Below, piece by piece: positions 58,961 through 64,000 of a stretch of DNA of 64,000 nucleotides. Under the pieces are notes generated by a model that was not told the DNA's origin, searched no databases, and was given only the letters and a program-made list of their open reading frames with translations. Position 1 is the stretch's first letter; each line of letters opens with the position of its first letter. The stretch comes from Hemiscyllium ocellatum (Eukaryota). Location: contig NC_083409.1 of the NCBI RefSeq assembly GCF_020745735.1, forward strand, positions 73,552,048 to 73,616,047. Reading direction: 5' to 3'. The position numbers were made by a program, and so were the translations under genes.

Positions 58961-59789
58961 GGGTCAAAAGAAATCATGAAGTAACAGAGATGGGTATTAT
59001 CTGTGTTTAAGTTGCCAACAATGTCACTAAGGGACAAAATAGAGAAAGAGTTAAGATATTGTGGAATTCTGCAGATTAATTTGCAAGGGAATTAATATAA
59101 CTGAAGATGCACTGTATACGTTCATTTGGACAGCAGTTGGGGTCACTGCAGTAGAATAGCTTGGTTAAGCTTTGAACGCTGCAGAACAGTTAAAGAAAAC
59201 TAATGCACAGTGGTCACAGTCGTAGAGGCAGTCATTTGACTGGTCAGGGCTATTCTGATCCTGTCAAAAAGGGAAAAGCTTAATTGCAAGGATCTGAAGA
59301 GGAAATTTCAGGACAAGTGGGATAAATTGAGAGCCAGAATTTGATGTTGGTTTTTCCATGTTTTGCCTATGTTTGTGTACAAATGTATACTCACAAAAAA
59401 AGATAGAGCTGCAAAAAAGAAAACTTAGAGACCCAAATAACTCGCATGGTAAATTTTATCAAGAGTCACTCAAACTGAAGATACTTGCAAATGTCATTTT
59501 AGAACTTAAAACTTGTGAAATCACCACCTGCAAAGCTGCTGTGTCTGGAACCATCATTCAATTGGATTTTCAAGCATTTCCCTTTGCAACCAGCTTATAT
59601 AGTCAAACTCTCAAAGTCAGGATATGCAGGTCAGTGCAAGGCAATAGTGGAAGTACACAGTTCTGGTATAATGAGAAAATTTTTACCCAACATATATAAC
59701 ATCAGTGAAAGAGCTCTACCTCTGGGATTAAGCATTTACATAGGTCTATCCCAGGAACAGAAAATTTTCTGCCCTCGAATAGCTCAGTG

Positions 59790-60175
59790 AACCCTCCAAC
59801 CACAAGGTATGAATTCAGATTTCTCCAGTTTCCTCATTTCCCCTCCCCCCACCTTGTCTCAGTCGGTTCCCTCAACTCAGCACCGCCCTCCTAACCTGCA
59901 ATCCTCTTCCTGACCTCTCCGCCCCCACCCCACTCCGGCCTATCACCCTCACCTTGACCTCCTTCCACCTATCCCACCTCCATCGCCCCTCCCCCTAGTC
60001 CCTCCTCCCTACCTTTTATCTCAGCCTGCTTGGCTCTCTCTCTTATTCCTGATGAAGGGCTTATGCTCGAAACGTCGAATTCTCTATTCCTGAGATGCTG
60101 CCTGGCCTGCTGTGCTTTGACCAGCAACACATTTGCAGCTGTGATCTCCAGCATCTGCAGACCTCATTTTTTACT
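59790..60175 (+). mobile_element. PLE family A 3' fragment
   Basis: TLQPQGMNSDFSSF end; close match to 32131-32510. Confidence 0.88.
60045..60080 (+). ncRNA. minimal hammerhead ribozyme motif (family A), best-preserved copy
   Basis: ATTC CTGATGA AGGGC TTAT GCTC GAAAC GTC^GAAT; predicted cut after C60076. Confidence 0.72.
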
Positions 60176-60862
60176 TACAGCTAGTTCATTAGCTGAGTAA
60201 CATGGGAATAGGAGAAGGGCATTTCGCTCCTGAGCCTGTTCTGCCATACAATAAGATTCTTTTCCTGGAATGTATGCAGCACTATCTAGCCCAACATTTA
60301 TTGCTCATCTCTAATTGCCCATAGGGCAACTACCTTGTTTTGGGTCGAGAGGCCAGGCCAAGTATGGATGGCAGATTTCTACTGAAGGACACTAGGACAT
60401 TGGATGGGATTTGACAAAAATTTGCAGTGGTCACAAGGTCACCATTAAATTTCACTATCTGTCATGGTGGGATTGAACTTCATGTCCCACAACATTACTC
60501 TGGGGCTCTGTATTACTAATTCAGTGACCTTACCTGTACATCATTGCCTCCCCTTCTGTAAACTTGAACTCATTGCAAACTCTGCTCTCATATCCTAGCT
60601 CACACTAAACTGCATTTACCCATCATGAATCCATAAACTTGTCTTGCTTCATATCCCTTAACACATTGTTTAATTAGATTCTATTAATTTTAGATTACAA
60701 CTGGCTTAATATCAATTACCGTTTGTGAAAAAAAAGTCCCAAACATTCTCAGTGTTTCTTGTTACTGGCACAAGAAATAGAACATTAATGAAATTCATAT
60801 TAGAGGTTCAGTGTATGAAACATTGGCTGTCCAGAGGGTAAATAATTACAATCAAATATCAG

Positions 60863-60886
60863 TTTATTAAAAAGCTACAGTTTATT
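60863..60886 (-). terminator. candidate TUT4 polyadenylation signals (two AATAAA)
   Basis: TTTATT at 60863-60868 and 60881-60886, ~420 nt past the stop. Confidence 0.55.
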
Positions 60887-61297
60887 TTTAAAAGGCATTT
60901 GGCACTATATACTTTTGCTCTGAATACAGCTGACCATCTTTAAACCATATTTTCTTTTTTTTAAGAACCATATACAAAGTCTGAGGCAGCCAAAGTATGA
61001 ATACAACAGAGAAAATAAATCCAGTTTTTTTAAAAGCTTTTTCTTTACAGTTCCATCAGCTTCAAACAAAAAATGATTTTACCCCACCTTCAAAAATGGG
61101 AGGCATTAAAATAGATGTGATCTGTATCATAAGTCACATTGTGATGCATCACAACAAAAACTAGTAAAAATTACAATCAGGTTTGGTCTATGTACAAATC
61201 ATACAGATTAAAAAAAGTCTTAAAATAATTCCTGCTCCTCTTTTCCAAGTGAGTAGGGTTCTCTAACTGCGTATCATGGTGTGAATTTCCATTTAAG

Positions 61298-61380
61298 TCA
61301 CTTCTTTTGTTGAATGTAATTCATCCGTACTCTTCCTTGCTGCATGATTGGAAAATGCTGGTTACTGTGGATTGTGGGAC
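61298..61380 (-). CDS. TUT4: TUT4 last coding exon
   Basis: TTTTGACAG acceptor; (G)PTIHSNQHFPIMQQGRVRMNYIQQKK*. Confidence 0.75.
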
Positions 61381-62216
61381 CTGTCAAAACAGGAACATTT
61401 ACAGTTTTACAAACACACCAATTTGAAATTTACTTTATGAAAATGTAAACATTGCATTCATTGTGTTTCTGCTAAGTTGAAAGATTGAAACTTCAATTGA
61501 AATATTATGTCCAAACAATTTTCGCACAAATGAGAATGAGACAAAAGTCAATTGTTGCAAAAACACACAAGTTGCCTTGTACATGTGAAAGCAGCTTTCT
61601 GGAACTCACCATTATTTGAATGAGAAACTCAGATCACTGTTTATAAAGTTAGCTGCCATCTTCACCCACTGGTCTGTATAGCTTAGTTACATGCTGCTTT
61701 TGCCAATTAACCAGCAGTAAAATCTACTTCATTCAAACTATAAAATACTGCAGATTTTGTGGGATTTGATTCTCCCATTCTCTGTCTTCTTGGTTCTGCT
61801 CAGTCTTGATTTTGTTTTTAATAAGCTTCCAAATCATAATTTAAACAGTGCACTTTCAGCACCCTGCACTGTATCACAAGCTTGATCAATTGGGTGAGAG
61901 AAACAGAACAAATGTGCTTGAGGATTGTTATTCATTTAGTTGTAGGTAAAATTTCTACAATTCATCAAATCCTGGATCGAACACGTGATTTTTGTAAATT
62001 TACATGAAAAATTCTAGGCCTCCCAAGGTCGGTAATTATTTATTTGGATCGTATATCAAGTCCACTATAACATAGGGTATACTTTCTGCTGTCAAAATCA
62101 TTTACAATAATATGCTAGGGGATACATATAAAGTGAGAATCAATATTCCTACATTTACCTGCCGTATCACTTTGCAATAGTTAAACCTGATTAGAATGGC
62201 TTGCTGTTATTGGTAC

Positions 62217-62384
62217 CTTGAGAATAGTAGGATTTGTTCTGCTGAGGATAGTTCGTATTTCCCTGCTGAATGAAGTTCTGAGGCATTCTGTAAGGCCACG
62301 GTGCTTGAAAATGAGGAAGAGGATGATGCTCCCAAGGTATGGGTGGAGGATTTAGTTTTGCAAATTGTCCCTGAAACCTTTGAT
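62217..62384 (-). CDS. TUT4: TUT4 penultimate coding exon
   Basis: PPPIPWEHHPLPHFQAPWPYRMPQNFIQQGN...YYSQ, resembling human PPIPWEHAPRPHF...QNFMHQGN. Confidence 0.88.
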
Positions 62385-63739
62385 CTATGTTTCCATGGAG
62401 GAAAAAAAGTCAAATGTTTGTTGTAAGACATGATTGCTTAAAATTAACATTAAGAAGCCTAAAAAGTGCAATTTGTCTCCTTTGCAAACTGGGTGGCATG
62501 TAATTCTTCCTTAGTATAATTTCCTCTGTAATAACACAATTAACCTTGTAGCAGGGTAGCTTGTTAACGCAAGGTGTACTTACTTTACTTCACCAGTATA
62601 GTTAAAAATATTGTCAGAAGCACAAGCAAGATATTAATAGATATTAAAAGGTAGATATCTATCTTTAATAGATTTTAAAGAATTAGCACTATAAAGGGTT
62701 GAATGCGAATTCATTACTATCAGCAATAGTGGGGTAAAAGATTTTGTCAGATGCTCAATGTTCAACATTATTATAAATATAGTTACTGAGGATGGAAAAG
62801 AGAAGGGAATGAGACAAGGCAAATAACAAGGTAAACTACAAAAACTGCCCAGAATCCCAAGTCAGTCTCTCTTTGTTTCTGTTGGTGTTATTTTTGAAGC
62901 TTTAATAATAATCATCACAATGATTTTTAAAGCATTCAAGGGCCAAACAAACACAGGCTTTGAAATTGGTCATTTTCATTATCAATAGTTTAACTTTTTT
63001 CATGAAAAATGTACACTGATTGCAACAAACAGGAAGTGTGCAAGTTATACCATAATTTTATAATCTTAGTTGCAAAATATTATTCAGAGTATTCATTATA
63101 TAGGAAATATTCTGTTACATTTCTGGCCCTCTACTATTTGCATATGACATGTATATTGAAATTTCTCTAAAAAGTATGATTAATTCATTTGTATCCCTTC
63201 TCGTTTAGGTCACTAACTCTTAGCCAGTAAATGATTTCACAGATTCCAGTGGTCATTCTTCACATGAGGTAGATAGCATTGGCAAGATTTTGAATCAATC
63301 TCATATTCAACTGACTTCAATTTTTGTGCACACTTTCGGAAGTTACTGTCTACCAAGCAGTGACATGTAGTGGAAAGGACAAAGAGCCAAGCTGCTTCTG
63401 AGAATATCTGTAGCATTCAAAAACTGCCCCAATTAAAACTGGCCAATTCAGCACACTGGGCAACATCTTGATTTACCACCAGGAAAGTACCACATTGCAA
63501 ATTATCAAAGGTGCCGCACATCTTTAAACTAATTTATTACTTAACTTGTTAATCTTACCCTTCACTGTTATTTTTGAGGCCATAAAGAAATGCATTTTTG
63601 TTAGATAATATCTGGTGTAAAAATAAATCAGCATATATAGAATAAAATTGTTAAAATTATAAGACTTAAGCATGTCCATTACAGTGCATATTCGAAGAAT
63701 AATAGCAACATATTAATATAATGAGAAAAAGAAATATAC

Positions 63740-64000
63740 CTGAAGCTCCCAGAGTGCCATTTCCCACTAGTGTGCTGCGAGTCATGTGATTGTGCCACTG
63801 TCCATCGTGAGGAGTGTTGGAGATACCCATGGGCCTAGTAGCAGGCTGAGCAAAGATGATACTAGGATCATTCAAATTCATATTGTTGGGATTAGCTGTG
63901 TTGCTGCTTGACCGCATAGGGAAAGTAATGTTGGGATGGTTACCAGATGCAGGTTGAAGCAGAGTAGGCCAAGAATTAGTGGGCATTTGCACCTGGTGCT
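63740..64000 (-). CDS. TUT4: TUT4 (ZCCHC11) terminal uridylyltransferase 4, C-terminal exon (runs off the window)
   Basis: LNDPSIIFAQPATRP...HDGQW matches TUT4 LNDPSIIFAQPAARP...HDGHW; syntenic with PRPF38A. Confidence 0.92.

Noticed and set aside
62207-62431. 74-aa ORF from the track over the TUT4 exon
   Set aside because: Wrong frame; the TUT4-like peptide is in another frame bounded by splice sites.

Overview
AT-rich eukaryotic DNA, most likely a cartilaginous fish (shark), judging from HE1-type SINEs and CR1/Penelope repeats. The window holds the conserved vertebrate block CC2D1B(-; first coding exon only), ORC1(-; 16 coding exons, 2730 nt, 909 aa), PRPF38A(+; 10 coding exons, 939 nt, 312 aa) and TUT4/ZCCHC11(-; last three coding exons). 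I reconstructed all exons by hand, with GT-AG sites and consistent phases. ORC1 and PRPF38A are head-to-head (ATGs 548 bp apart), with an E2F site and a 35-bp CpG-rich tandem repeat between them. Introns and intergenic DNA are filled with CR1-type LINE fragments, SINEs and at least three families of Penelope-like (GIY-YIG) retroelements (PLEs). The most striking non-genic signal is about 20 intact or decayed minimal hammerhead-ribozyme (HHR) motifs with covarying stems. They are carried on PLE 3' ends, many inserted as asymmetric tail-out palindromes (0.15-2.2 kb) with 11-13 bp target-site duplications, or as ~100-bp solo ribozyme+tail units. Repeat boundaries are approximate, and family names rest on recalled motifs, not database searches.
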